Virus record (IMG/VR): IMGVR_UViG_3300024950_000032 | Location: 2,715 to 66,714 of that record | Strand: one strand, 5' to 3' | Length of the DNA stretch: 64,000 bases | Source: a virus | Shown here: piece by piece, positions 9,951 to 19,982 of the stretch | How positions within the stretch are numbered: the stretch's first letter is position 1 | Layout of the letters: each line of letters opens with the position of its first letter | Program-made: the position numbers and the translations under genes | Notes under the pieces: generated by a model | What the model was told of the DNA's origin: nothing | Databases searched by the model: none | The model's input: only the letters and a program-made list of their open reading frames with translations

Positions 9951-10172
9951 TCAGGCAGCTTCAGCAGCGGCCGGCTGCTTCTCCACCCACGCCAGGTAGG
10001 CGCAGATGTTGTTGATGGCCTTGGTGGCGTTGGCCTTGACCAGACCGGAGTCAGCCAGGAACTTGTCCAGCTTTGCCGAGTTCTTCAGGAAGTACTCGTG
10101 GGCCTCGGCTTCCGATTGCGTGTCGAAACGCTTGTTGTCGCTGGTGACGTACTTGGTGACTGCTTGAACCAT
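9951..10172 (-). CDS. hypothetical protein
   Basis: 73 aa, GAGG RBS, YVTSDNKRFDTQSEAEAHE phage-typical motif. Confidence 0.75.
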   Translation of the reverse strand: MVQAVTKYVTSDNKRFDTQSEAEAHEYFLKNSAKLDKFLADSGLVKANATKAINNICAYLAWVEKQPAAAEAA

Positions 10173-10192
10173 GGTGAACCTCTGTGGTTGGG

Positions 10193-10867
10193 TTAGGAAC
10201 GGGTGAGAAGAGCTTCTCGGAGATCAGGGTCGAGGCTGTCGGCCTTTTCAAGCAGCCACTTGACGTAGCTCCCTGGAAGGTCACGCAGCGACGTACCCTT
10301 GTGCTTGCCAAACGGCAACTTGGAGTCGAGCGAGACAGGTTGGCGGCACAGGTCGAGAAGACCTTGCAGACCAATGCCACGCTCGTTGGCGACCATGCGC
10401 ATCAAGCTGAGGCAGGTGATCACGTCACCCATGGCGCGGTGAGCCGGGCCAGCCTCAAGTCTGTAGGTGTAGCGCAGGGTCTGCAGCTTGTGATCCTCTG
10501 CAAGCGGCCACAGGATGCGGGCCAGCTTGAGGGTGTCGATCGTGCGGTAGGTATCGGGCAGGTAGGGCTCGATCATGCGGCAGTCGAAGGGCACGTTGTG
10601 GCCGGCAACGATCAGATCGCGGCGATCGAATGGGAGGTCGTTGGCCTCCATGAACTGCTTGAGGGTGGGCTTGTCGGCCACCATCTCGTCGGTGATGTGG
10701 TGGATGCCCATGGCCGAGGGGCTGATGAGGCGCTCGGGGTTGATCAGGCTTTCCAGTTCACCGATGACTTCCAGGTTCTCATCGATCTGGAGAATGCCGA
10801 TGTCGCAGACGCCGCCCTGGAGGCTGGCCGTCTCGGTATCGAAGATGTAGGCGTCGAGTTGGGACAT
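10193..10867 (-). CDS. DEDDh 3'-5' exonuclease, exodeoxyribonuclease X-like, with C-terminal PFGKHKG domain
   Basis: FDTET, AGHNVPFD, IDTL, AHRAMGDV; LPFGKHKG...YVKWLL. Confidence 0.9.
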   Translation of the reverse strand: MSQLDAYIFDTETASLQGGVCDIGILQIDENLEVIGELESLINPERLISPSAMGIHHITDEMVADKPTLKQFMEANDLPFDRRDLIVAGHNVPFDCRMIEPYLPDTYRTIDTLKLARILWPLAEDHKLQTLRYTYRLEAGPAHRAMGDVITCLSLMRMVANERGIGLQGLLDLCRQPVSLDSKLPFGKHKGTSLRDLPGSYVKWLLEKADSLDPDLREALLTRS

Positions 10868-11020
10868 GTGCTGTGGTGGTGGTTGTGGGGTGTCTCTTTG
10901 AACACCCTCAGCAAGTGGGTCAGGTCAAACCACCTTGCTGAAGGTGCCCGTTTTGTATTGCGGCGGGCCACCGCACCGATCTACTACCGCCGCAGGATCG
11001 CGGGAGCGGCGGCAGCAGAT

Positions 11021-11806
11021 TTAGGCTGCGGTCGGGTTCTTCGGGGAGAAGGTGGCCACACCCCACTTGGTGGAGCCGTTGACCTTCTTCTCTTGCTTGG
11101 CGAACACGACATTGCTGTCGGGGATGCCACGCGCCTTGCGGACGCCGCTTTCCAGCAGGTAACGACCCCACTGCGCTGCGCTGGTGGGAGCCAGCGACAG
11201 TTGGTGGATCTGCTGGGCGTCGGGGTCCACATCGCCCTTGTCTTCCGACCACAGGAGCTGGGCATACACCTCGATGTACTGCTTCACGTCGGCCTTGGCA
11301 TAGCCTTCGTTCTTGAGGTGCTGCAGGTAGGCAGCCAGGTCGCCGCCGCCGTTCTTGATCGACTTGCCGTCGTAGCTGGTACGGATCAGCTTGTCGGCTT
11401 CCTTGTTGTTCTGCTCACCAGTCACGGCCAGCCAGACGTAGTTCCAGGACAGAACTTCGATCTTGACGACCTTGCCCAAGTCCTTGTCCTGGTCGATGGA
11501 GAAGCCGTCCAGACCCACCGTGATACGGGGGAAGGTGCCAATGCTCATCGATTCCAAGTCGGACTGGGCGATCTGGTTTTGCAGGCTCTTCAGGAGCGTG
11601 CCGCCACCGGAGAAGAGGCCCAACGCGGAGTTGGCCTTCTGGACCACGGCAGTGGTGCCTTCCACCTTGGCGGTGGGGGTAGCGGCCACCGTCTCGGCAG
11701 CGGGGGACGCCGTCGTGGTCGCGGTGGTTTCGGTGTCGTCGGTCTCAAAGGCACCGGCTTGGGTAGCGGTGTCTGCGGCGGTGTCTGCGGGCTTGCGGAG
11801 TGCCAT
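11021..11806 (-). CDS. putative single-stranded DNA-binding protein
   Basis: Position between primase-helicase and exonuclease, disordered N-terminus, beta-rich core; positional inference. Confidence 0.55.
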   Translation of the reverse strand: MALRKPADTAADTATQAGAFETDDTETTATTTASPAAETVAATPTAKVEGTTAVVQKANSALGLFSGGGTLLKSLQNQIAQSDLESMSIGTFPRITVGLDGFSIDQDKDLGKVVKIEVLSWNYVWLAVTGEQNNKEADKLIRTSYDGKSIKNGGGDLAAYLQHLKNEGYAKADVKQYIEVYAQLLWSEDKGDVDPDAQQIHQLSLAPTSAAQWGRYLLESGVRKARGIPDSNVVFAKQEKKVNGSTKWGVATFSPKNPTAA

Positions 11807-11900
11807 GATGTTTCCTAAGTTAAAAGAATGTCAAAGATAGAGCTAAGGTCATTACTCAACGTCGTCCCACTCAAACAACAAGAGGACACCGTGGGACGCG

Positions 11901-11929
11901 AGTGTCGTCCTGATTTACAAAAGTGTCAA
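11901..11929 (-). promoter_or_regulatory. sigma70-like promoter
   Basis: TTGACA-17-GACACT upstream of the SSB-like gene. Confidence 0.5.
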
Positions 11930-11932
11930 TAG

Positions 11933-14845
11933 CTACTGACGGAAGGCAGCCACGCCCTCACGCTGCAGCCGGCCGGTATCGAACCTCATGATCCGATCCC
12001 CCAGGTTGTCGGCCCGAAGTGCTGAGTTCGAGCAGACCCGATCAACCACGCAACCGTAGTTGGTCAAGGCCACAATGAACGCTCCCTGAGTGTCGAAGAG
12101 CGGTGTCATGTTGTGCGTCACGCACTTGCGGCGGTACTGGTCATAGGCGCGCTGGATGCGCAGCTCAACCCAACCGTCGCCCATGACGTAATCGCGGTCA
12201 ACCACCAGTTCATACGGCGTGTCGCGGTCGTGCGTCAGCGACGCCACCTCGGCCATGACCTTGGAGATTTCGGCCATACCCTGCAGGCTCTCGACCAGGT
12301 CGTCCTGCGTGCTGTGCGATGCCTTGTAGTTCAGCAGCCTGTCGATGTCGCCGTTGAAGGCATCACCGAACGTGCGCTGCATGACCCTCTTCAGCGTGCG
12401 CAGGGCGTGGATGATGACCGAGCGGTTGAACACGAGCCGGGCGGCCGGCAACTTGGTGTTGGGGGGCACCCGTGCCAGCACTTCCTCCTGGATCGTCTCG
12501 ACCTCGTTGCGCATCATCTCCAGGTCGATACCGAAGCCACACTCGACCAGCTCGCGGCCCAAGGCACTGAGCACCTCAGGGCACTTGCGCAATCGGTGGT
12601 ATGCCTCGGCCCGCCTGGGGTCTTCCGTGATGCGGTCAGGTGACAAGCCGACCGTCACGCAGCGCTCGTAGATCGCGGTCTCCATCTCGATGGCTTCCGC
12701 CATGAACGCCACAGGTGCTGTGGCCTCGTGACGGACGATCGAGAGCTGCGTGTCAGCACCCTTGTTGATGGTGCCGCCCTCGCGGATCACGCCCCCGGTG
12801 TAGCTGGCCTTGATGATGTCCTTGAACTTCTCCAGCTTGCCCTTGAACGTGCGCAGCTCACGGGGCTTGACCTCGTCGATGAGGAACGGCGCCGAGGTCG
12901 AGGTGGATGCTGCGATCTCCAGCGCGAAGTAGCTCATCGACGTGGCCGACTGCATGGGTGGCTTGTTCATGAACCAGTGCAGCGCGGTCAGGGCCTCCAC
13001 CGTCTTGGTCTTGCCAGAGCCTGCCGTGCCGTACACCTGCAAAACCGGGAACTGCTTGAACAGGTACAGGTACAGGCTGCGGTAGTGGGCAGCGACCATC
13101 CACCCCAGGATGTCAGCCACATGGTCAGGGCGATTGAACCGGAACAGATCACGCAGCGGCGTCTCCATCGACTCATCAAGTTTGGGGGCCTTGTGGATGT
13201 CGATGTTGTAGGCGCTGAGTGCCGTCTCAGGCCGATAGCACAGGTTGAATTTCGCATCGGTCTCGGAGAGGGACGACATGAACTCGGTTTTGGTCAGGTA
13301 GACCTTCACCGGCTGACGCTCGTCGGGACACTCCGGGTGATCGATGACGAAGAACCCTTCACGCGGGTAGGTGTAGACCTTCCCGCCTCGTGCTGCTTTT
13401 TCTTGCATGATGTCCAGTAGCGACATGGCGTCGCTGTCTGTTCCTTGGAAGGTCAGTTGGCGGTTGGCGAAGAACTCCTTGAGCTTGCCGGCCGAGGTGA
13501 AGGCTTGGGCCGTGATCGTGGCCCGCCCCAGCTTGCGCCCCCGGGACACGATGTCGAACTCGTAGCCCCTGAACTCGTCGGTGATCACGTTGTGGAACGC
13601 GATCACGTTGCGCAGGGTGGCCCGGCAGATCGACTCGGTGGTGTCGCCGTTGACGCGGAACATGCCCTCGGCGTTCATGAAGAAGCCACGCCGCATGCGG
13701 GAGTGCGGGTCGACCATGGCCACGACGGGCTCGGCCGGCGCGTCGCCGTCTTCCACGTCCGTCTGGCTGACCGTCTCGGGCGGCGGCTCGTCGCCGTGGT
13801 CCACCCGGTCCAACACCCCCAGGTCGGGTGTGGCGACGCCCTTGGCCACGAGCCCGGCCATCGGCCCGACGTCGAACTCGTACAGCGTGTTCTCGTCCAT
13901 GTAGCGCCACATCCGAGCAAGCTCCTCGCGGCGCTTGCGTTCGGTGTTGTAGCGCTTGCCATCGCTGACATGGTTGTCGATCAACCCCTGGCACGAAGTC
14001 AGGAACAGGTCGAGCGTCATGCCGACGCTGGTGGCGTAGATGGCGAGCTGCATCGAGAGCGCCTGGAAGCCGGCGCCCTCGCGGACATTCTCGCCACGCA
14101 TCAGCATCTCGATGGTGGGCGGGTGCTGCTTGGCCTTCTTCCACGGGTCCAGGATCTCGTTGGCCTTGTCCATGCGGCGCTTCTTGCCTCGCATGTGGAC
14201 CAGCATCTTCTCCCTGGAGCGCTCGAAGAGCATCGCCAGCTTCGGGTTGCACGACGGAGGTGTCGGCTCTTCGACCAGGCGTGGCTCCGACACCAGCTCC
14301 TGGTACAGCTCAGGAGTGATGTCGAGGGCGTCGCTCAGGGGCAGGCTGACCTTGTAGCGACCGTTCTCACGCTGCACATTGGGGGTGCGCCACATGCGGC
14401 CACGCTTGCCGGTGTAGACCCGCATGTCCATCGAATCCACGATGAGGCTTTGCGCCACCTCGCGGTAGATGTACGGGAGCCACGGCGTGCCGTTGGAGGG
14501 CACCTTGGGCATGAAGCACTCGACCGGGATCTCGATGTGGAACCCCTTGCTGCCAGAGGCGTACAGCCTGGCTTGGGACACATCGAAGTCAAGCTCTACC
14601 GTCAGCTTGCCGAGAAAGGTCTTGAACTGCTCGCAAGCAAACTCAAGGTCGCCTTCAGCGTCGAAGTCGAAGTACAGCGGGCCGGAGTAGCGAACCTTGG
14701 ACCAGTCGTTGTCGTCAGGCACGCCTGACAGGTCCAGCACCGAGACGTAGCGCGGCTTGACGCTGTTGACGACGCGGTCGCGGTCAGGCGACATCGCCAT
14801 CAGCCAGGTGTCTTCACCGCCCTCACGCTGGTAGAAGAAGTACAT
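11933..14845 (-). CDS. AEP primase (prim-pol) fused to P-loop helicase
   Basis: LYFDFD, YASGSKGFH, RMWRTPN AEP motifs; GTAGSGKT Walker A, FLIDE Walker B. Confidence 0.85.
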   Translation of the reverse strand: MYFFYQREGGEDTWLMAMSPDRDRVVNSVKPRYVSVLDLSGVPDDNDWSKVRYSGPLYFDFDAEGDLEFACEQFKTFLGKLTVELDFDVSQARLYASGSKGFHIEIPVECFMPKVPSNGTPWLPYIYREVAQSLIVDSMDMRVYTGKRGRMWRTPNVQRENGRYKVSLPLSDALDITPELYQELVSEPRLVEEPTPPSCNPKLAMLFERSREKMLVHMRGKKRRMDKANEILDPWKKAKQHPPTIEMLMRGENVREGAGFQALSMQLAIYATSVGMTLDLFLTSCQGLIDNHVSDGKRYNTERKRREELARMWRYMDENTLYEFDVGPMAGLVAKGVATPDLGVLDRVDHGDEPPPETVSQTDVEDGDAPAEPVVAMVDPHSRMRRGFFMNAEGMFRVNGDTTESICRATLRNVIAFHNVITDEFRGYEFDIVSRGRKLGRATITAQAFTSAGKLKEFFANRQLTFQGTDSDAMSLLDIMQEKAARGGKVYTYPREGFFVIDHPECPDERQPVKVYLTKTEFMSSLSETDAKFNLCYRPETALSAYNIDIHKAPKLDESMETPLRDLFRFNRPDHVADILGWMVAAHYRSLYLYLFKQFPVLQVYGTAGSGKTKTVEALTALHWFMNKPPMQSATSMSYFALEIAASTSTSAPFLIDEVKPRELRTFKGKLEKFKDIIKASYTGGVIREGGTINKGADTQLSIVRHEATAPVAFMAEAIEMETAIYERCVTVGLSPDRITEDPRRAEAYHRLRKCPEVLSALGRELVECGFGIDLEMMRNEVETIQEEVLARVPPNTKLPAARLVFNRSVIIHALRTLKRVMQRTFGDAFNGDIDRLLNYKASHSTQDDLVESLQGMAEISKVMAEVASLTHDRDTPYELVVDRDYVMGDGWVELRIQRAYDQYRRKCVTHNMTPLFDTQGAFIVALTNYGCVVDRVCSNSALRADNLGDRIMRFDTGRLQREGVAAFRQ

Positions 14846-14856
14846 GACCTTCTCCT

Positions 14857-15345
14857 TCAGCCAGCGTTGCGGGGGTGGAACTCCTTCAGGAACGCGGTCT
14901 CAGGCTCAAACATGATCGAGCGATTGCGACGTTGTCCGTAGTGGTTGGCAGTGCGGATCACAAGCGGGAACGCAAGCGAACCCCCGGTGCGGGGGTCGCG
15001 TGACGCCCAGCGAATCTTGGCGTGGAGCGGGATGAAGATGAAGACCGGGCAGTTTTCGAGCTGCACCGGCGTATAGCCGACGACCATGCGGCTACCGCTC
15101 AGGGTGGATGTGAACATGGCCGACAGGCCTTCGTCACAATGGCATTGAAGATCCTCAACGACGAGTCGATCAATGACGATGGGCTTTTCGCCCTGCATCT
15201 TATAGAGGATGAACGCACGTCCAGAATGCGCTGTCTCCACTTTTGCGTGCACTGTCTCACTGTAGATGGTGAGTTTCGACGGCTCCAGATTCGATACCAG
15301 AGCCTCGTAGTGCGCCTCAACAGTGAGGAAATCGGTGTCTTGCAT
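14857..15345 (-). CDS. hypothetical protein
   Basis: 162 aa, AAGGA RBS, own promoter upstream. Confidence 0.7.
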   Translation of the reverse strand: MQDTDFLTVEAHYEALVSNLEPSKLTIYSETVHAKVETAHSGRAFILYKMQGEKPIVIDRLVVEDLQCHCDEGLSAMFTSTLSGSRMVVGYTPVQLENCPVFIFIPLHAKIRWASRDPRTGGSLAFPLVIRTANHYGQRRNRSIMFEPETAFLKEFHPRNAG

Positions 15346-15390
15346 TTAGAGTTTTCCTTGTGTGGCGGCCACCGGGGTGTGAGGGTGGCG

Positions 15391-15418
15391 ATTGTATTGC
15401 TGAATTCCCAACCTGCAA
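15391..15418 (-). promoter_or_regulatory. sigma70-like promoter
   Basis: TTGCAG-16-TACAAT followed by CGCCACCCTC. Confidence 0.55.
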
Positions 15419-15423
15419 AAATG

Positions 15424-15666
15424 TCAGTCCATGAAAGGCTTGCCGCTCATGGCTGCCGAGATCGCCACCGTTCGGACTACGGAGTCGATCTTTGACGGGT
15501 TGGTCTTCTCCATGATGCGGAGTGCGACCGCGATGAGAGTCTCCAATTCGGCCCAGGCTGCTTCAACCTCCTTGTTGCCCAGGTCCAGATGCTGGCGCAC
15601 CAGCTGTACGTTGGCGCCGGTGTCAGTGAACATGCGCTCCACCAGCTGCTTCGTGGGTCGGGCCAT
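15424..15666 (-). CDS. hypothetical protein
   Basis: 80 aa, coupled to helicase stop. Confidence 0.7.
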   Translation of the reverse strand: MARPTKQLVERMFTDTGANVQLVRQHLDLGNKEVEAAWAELETLIAVALRIMEKTNPSKIDSVVRTVAISAAMSGKPFMD

Positions 15667-17066
15667 CAGCTCTCCCCGAAGATCACTTTGCGGAGGTCAG
15701 TGGCGTTCCTGACTACCTGATTTACGACACTGTCATTTGCCAGCAGACTGTGAAAGCCACGGATCTGCAGGGTGCCCGCCGCAATGGCGAGCTTGACGAC
15801 GACACGCTTTTTCTGGCCCTTGCGCTTGAGGCGGGCGACGCCCTGGTGGAAGTCGCGTGGCTGCTGGCAGGGCTCGACCCAGACCATGTGGTTGCAGACG
15901 TGCTGCATCCCGTCCAAGCCCATCCCACCCGACTTGAACTGCACGACGATGAGCCTGCAATTTGGGTCGCTGATAAAGGACTCCAGGTTCAGCGCCTTCT
16001 GCCTGTCGTTCACCTCGGAGTTGATGCCCACCGCGCCGTACTTGGCGAACGCTGCGACGAGCAGCGCCACGGTCATGCGGTAGTTGGCGAACACCATCAG
16101 CTTGCCGTCGCCCAGCTCGTCGAGCGACTGCTGCACCAGCTTGATACCGGCCGCCAGGTCCCTGGGATTGCCGCTGAAGTGGCCCCAGTTCATGGCGATC
16201 TGGCCCAGAGCGTGGATCAGCTTGTTGCTCGACGTCGCGTCGATCTTGCCGCCGTCAGGCAGCTTCAGCATTTCCTCTTCGGCCAGCTTGCGATACAGCT
16301 TCAGGTGGGCTGGGTCAAGGTCGTACTCCACCGGCACGAATTGCGGTTCCTGAATGTCCTTGTAGGCGTCCTCGTACAGCACCCGCACCGAGTTGGTCAG
16401 CAGGTTCTGGTGAAGGATGTCCAGGTTCTGGTACTCGCTGGGGTTGCCGAAGAAGTCGCGCTCCTTGACGTGCAGGGACTCGAAGTGCTTCAGGTTACGG
16501 TACAGACCTGGCGCAGTGAACTTCATGAGGCCGTAGGCGTCGGTCGGCTTGTTGGCCGGCGTGCCGGTCAGCAGCAGCCGGGGGCGCCCCGTGCAGAACT
16601 CGTAGACCTTGTCGTGGTTGTCGCTCCCCACGTTTGACAGCATCGTGGCTTCGTCATTTACAACAATGACATTTCTGTCCTGATAGAAAGACGTGAAACG
16701 ATCGAAGTCCAGCTTGAAAATCTGGATACCGACCAAAACGAAGTCAGCCCCTAACTGGAGCTTGCTGCGTTCCTTCGGAGTGCCACGGTACTCGACGACG
16801 CTGGGGGTAGGAGTGATGGACCTCAACCAGATGCCCCACTGACGGATCAGGATGGGGGGCATGATGACCACGCAGGTTGCACCCCACGTGATGCGGTGGA
16901 AGAGGGCGGCGAAGGTGGCGCAGAGCGTCTTGCCGGTCCCCATGTCAAGCCAGAAGCCTTCCTCGTTGAGGGGGGCCAAAGCATTGACCACATCAACCTG
17001 GAACTGCTCCCGGTTGATGTGGGGTGGCATCGCATACCTGGCCGCGACGACATCGTATGGAGTCAT
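15666..17066 (-). CDS. SNF2-like superfamily 2 helicase
   Basis: Start MTPYDVV; DMGTGKT, VNDEAT, LTGTP, GGMGLDG, QGVARLKRKGQ. Confidence 0.9.
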   Translation of the reverse strand: MTPYDVVAARYAMPPHINREQFQVDVVNALAPLNEEGFWLDMGTGKTLCATFAALFHRITWGATCVVIMPPILIRQWGIWLRSITPTPSVVEYRGTPKERSKLQLGADFVLVGIQIFKLDFDRFTSFYQDRNVIVVNDEATMLSNVGSDNHDKVYEFCTGRPRLLLTGTPANKPTDAYGLMKFTAPGLYRNLKHFESLHVKERDFFGNPSEYQNLDILHQNLLTNSVRVLYEDAYKDIQEPQFVPVEYDLDPAHLKLYRKLAEEEMLKLPDGGKIDATSSNKLIHALGQIAMNWGHFSGNPRDLAAGIKLVQQSLDELGDGKLMVFANYRMTVALLVAAFAKYGAVGINSEVNDRQKALNLESFISDPNCRLIVVQFKSGGMGLDGMQHVCNHMVWVEPCQQPRDFHQGVARLKRKGQKKRVVVKLAIAAGTLQIRGFHSLLANDSVVNQVVRNATDLRKVIFGES

Positions 17067-17524
17067 GCAGCCTTTTTCCCGAAGACGAGGTGGTAGACGT
17101 TGCCGGCCCTGGTGATGGCCGGCGTCTCGGCGGTGAGCCGGCGTGCGGCATCGTGGGCACGGATCATCACCGTGTCCACCCACGTGGGGCCGAGCAGCGT
17201 GTAGAGGTCGTAGATGCTGTGGTCCTCGCGTTCAAACCAGGCAGCAAACGACAGAGGGTGCATCAGGAGCTTGCGGCCCAGCACCTCATCCCCCAGCGCA
17301 TCCAGGAGGCAGGCGGTCGCCTGGCCATCGATCAGCTTGTAGTGCTTCCACCAGGAAGCACCTGAGCCAGGGATCTGGTCTACGGTGGGGTTCGTCAACC
17401 AGTGCAGATTCCATGCTGCGCCGGTGGGGTCCTGCTCCATCAGCGACCTGGCTTCGCACGTGTGGAGCCCATGGAGGACGTAAGCCGATGCAGGCATCGG
17501 CGAATAGACATACGGCTTTAACAT
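17063..17524 (-). CDS. hypothetical protein
   Basis: 153 aa, ATGA overlap with helicase. Confidence 0.7.
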   Translation of the reverse strand: MLKPYVYSPMPASAYVLHGLHTCEARSLMEQDPTGAAWNLHWLTNPTVDQIPGSGASWWKHYKLIDGQATACLLDALGDEVLGRKLLMHPLSFAAWFEREDHSIYDLYTLLGPTWVDTVMIRAHDAARRLTAETPAITRAGNVYHLVFGKKAA

Positions 17525-17714
17525 TTCTTGTTCTCGCTTGTTTGAGGTCCCCGAGGCGCGCGTCAGCCGAAACTTTCGCCTGGGTCTATCCCTAGTACTG
17601 GGGGAGGGGCCGCCGACTATAGCCCCAGAAGTCTGGGGGCTGTCCCCCCCTTAGTGGGGAGCCTGCATATGTCGGGTATACGTAGGAAATTACGTTGTAC
17701 CCGAGGTGTTGGCT

Positions 17715-17942
17715 CTAGGCGGGGATCACAGAGGGCTCTTCAACCTTGCGGTATGCGAACATGCGTTTGATGTAGGCGTGGAAATACTTGCCTGCACTCT
17801 CTGCTGCGACCAGCTCGTTGTAGACGCGCTCGGGCACATCTTCATAGACGTAGACACCCCCGTTATGGAATGTCAAGGTGAGGGTGTTGTTTTCCCAGCT
17901 TGCCGACGAGATGTTGGTGCTGGTGATGGCGGCTTGGACCAT
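17715..17942 (-). CDS. KTSC domain protein
   Basis: STNISS...LTLTFHNGGVYVYEDVP...LVAAESAGKYF; AGGAG RBS. Confidence 0.9.
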   Translation of the reverse strand: MVQAAITSTNISSASWENNTLTLTFHNGGVYVYEDVPERVYNELVAAESAGKYFHAYIKRMFAYRKVEEPSVIPA

Positions 17943-17983
17943 GTGACTCTCCTGTGAAAGCGGGCGCACAGCGCCCGGGTGGT

Positions 17984-18433
17984 TTAACGGAAGGCGGGGG
18001 CCAGGTTGGGCGGCGCCCAGCCGGCCGGCTTCTGGATCTTCCCGTTGGCGTCGCGCAGGGCCTTGCCGGTGGTGGGGTCGACCTTGGCCATGTTCGAGTC
18101 GTCAATCGCGTTCCAGGCGGTGTTGACGCAGGCGCCGGTGCTGTTCGCAGAGCCCAGCGAGACCCAGGTCAGGTCCAGGTCGGCGTCGAGCAGCTCGACG
18201 CGATCGGCCAGGGCAATGTGCACGTCGTGCTCACCACGCTTGAAGTCGGCGCTGGCCTTCTTCAGCTGCACGACCAGCTCGGCGCGATCACCGAGGATGG
18301 CTTCCATCTTCTCGCCCAGCTCTTCGAGCTGGAGGCCGGTGTAGAGGGCCAGTTGGCGGATGTTGAGGTGGTCGACGCTCTGGTCGCAGGCGACCATGAA
18401 ATCGGTGACGTCTTGATGTTGGCAGCGGCTCAT
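17984..18433 (-). CDS. MazG-like all-alpha NTP pyrophosphohydrolase (DR2231/PRA-PH-like)
   Basis: EELGE, ELLDADLD, SNMAK...DANGKIQKPAGW. Confidence 0.85.
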   Translation of the reverse strand: MSRCQHQDVTDFMVACDQSVDHLNIRQLALYTGLQLEELGEKMEAILGDRAELVVQLKKASADFKRGEHDVHIALADRVELLDADLDLTWVSLGSANSTGACVNTAWNAIDDSNMAKVDPTTGKALRDANGKIQKPAGWAPPNLAPAFR

Positions 18434-18660
18434 TGGGGGGCTTTCAAGTTGACGGTCCAGCCGCCTGCTTCAAGCACCTTGACGATGCAGGCTTCGGCTC
18501 CGTAGTTGGTGGTGATGGTTTTGGCAGCGTGGTCCACAACGTAGGCCGTGGAGCTGCGGGGGACGAACCAGGTGCCGCCCTGCCTGACCTTGCTGAGCAG
18601 ACCGTTCGTCCAGGCAATGGCGTTGGCCATGCCCTGCTCGGTGTTGATGTCGTAGTTCAT
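18430..18660 (-). CDS. hypothetical protein
   Basis: 76 aa, coupled. Confidence 0.65.
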   Translation of the reverse strand: MNYDINTEQGMANAIAWTNGLLSKVRQGGTWFVPRSSTAYVVDHAAKTITTNYGAEACIVKVLEAGGWTVNLKAPQ

Positions 18661-18662
18661 GG

Positions 18663-18896
18663 TCAGCGGCGGTAGCAGGTGGGGAGCGACACCAGGCGGT
18701 CCTTGCCAGACGTGATCGCCATGTCGGCGATCTCGCGGTTGGATTTGAGGCAGGCGAGGTAGGACTGCTCACGCTGCTGGTCCATCGCATTGCCCATGTC
18801 GGCGGCGTAGCGCCAGAAGCCGATCAGGGCCAGCAGCGCCATCAACGCGGCGGTGACACTGATCAGCAGCGAGAGGTGTTGGCGCACGGTGCTCAT
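18663..18896 (-). CDS. small membrane protein
   Basis: N-terminal TM segment. Confidence 0.65.
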   Translation of the reverse strand: MSTVRQHLSLLISVTAALMALLALIGFWRYAADMGNAMDQQREQSYLACLKSNREIADMAITSGKDRLVSLPTCYRR

Positions 18897-19462
18897 GCTG
18901 TGACTGCCTTTCGTGCAGGTTTGACACTCTTGGGCTTTTCAGCCGGCGAGGGGGCTGCCTTTGCCTGGCCCTTGGGCCAGCCGGCCTTCACGAGATCGGC
19001 CACCACGTTGGCAACGACGGGCAGGGCGCGGATCGCCTTGGCCTCGTCGGCGGGCAGGTACTTCTCGAACTCGGGTAGCGCGGCAGCCAAGGCCTTGCGG
19101 GTGCTGACGCTGTAGGCCACTGCGTGTACCTTGTCGCGCAGACTCTTCATCAGCAGCGCCTGGTCATCGCGGACCTTGATCATCTCGGCGATGCGGATGG
19201 ACGCCTCGGTGCCGAACTTGACGCTATCGAAGCGCGGGCTCGGGATGTGCTGGGCTTGGTGCACGCCCTTGCTGGTCCAGTAGGCGTAGTTCAGGTAGGG
19301 CGCACACACGGGGTCCTTCATCAACGCCTGCACCTTGGGCGGCAGGAGGGCGACAGCCTCGTCGTGGATCAGCTTGCGGAGCTGGCTGTCGTAGTCGACC
19401 TGGGGGACGTCCTGGATGATCGCGTTGATGAACGCCTGACGCATGTAGTTCGTGAGTTTCAC
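18893..19462 (-). CDS. Nmad5-like (nucleotide-modification-associated domain 5) protein
   Basis: MKLTNYMRQAFINAIIQDVP...STRKALAAALPEFEKYLP resembles this family from memory. Confidence 0.6.
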   Translation of the reverse strand: MKLTNYMRQAFINAIIQDVPQVDYDSQLRKLIHDEAVALLPPKVQALMKDPVCAPYLNYAYWTSKGVHQAQHIPSPRFDSVKFGTEASIRIAEMIKVRDDQALLMKSLRDKVHAVAYSVSTRKALAAALPEFEKYLPADEAKAIRALPVVANVVADLVKAGWPKGQAKAAPSPAEKPKSVKPARKAVTA

Positions 19463-19499
19463 GTCTAAGTTCCTTCTGTGTTGTGCCTGTGAGGGCGGG

Positions 19500-19527
19500 A
19501 TGGTAGCGCTATTTACGAAAGTGTCAA
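19500..19527 (-). promoter_or_regulatory. sigma70-like promoter
   Basis: TTGACA-16-TACCAT followed by CCCGCCCTC. Confidence 0.65.
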
Positions 19528-19982
19528 AGCCACTGTTGCTTCAAGGCATAGCCGCCGTCGCGGTCAGGCTCACCGTTGCGAGTGCCGTGCGGACGCCTGG
19601 TGCCTTTGGGCCACATCACGGCGCCCAAGGTGTAGACGATGTGAAAGCCCATATCCATGCCGGCACCGTGAACGACGAGGCCCGCCATGCTGGAGTGACG
19701 CTTGAAGTGCGTCAGGTCCTCGATCAAGCTGTCGATGCACAGGGGGACGCCCTTGTGCATCACGAAGGCGCTGATGCGCCTGGACATGCCGCTGCTGCTG
19801 CAGTGGCGCAGCACGGTGTAGACCGTGCCGCCCGGCTTGATGAGCTTCTGCAGCGCAGCCAGGGCACGGGCCTTGGCTACCTGCTCGTACTCCTTCTTCG
19901 TGATCTTCTCGCAGCCCGGGTGGTACTGCGGGTAGTCGCTAGCGAACACAGCTCCGTCAGAGGATCTCAGGTAGGTGGGCAT
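19524..19982 (-). CDS. conserved phage hypothetical protein
   Basis: VYTVLRHCSSSGMSRRI...GAGMDMGFHIV motif seen in phage early genes. Confidence 0.75.
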   Translation of the reverse strand: MPTYLRSSDGAVFASDYPQYHPGCEKITKKEYEQVAKARALAALQKLIKPGGTVYTVLRHCSSSGMSRRISAFVMHKGVPLCIDSLIEDLTHFKRHSSMAGLVVHGAGMDMGFHIVYTLGAVMWPKGTRRPHGTRNGEPDRDGGYALKQQWL

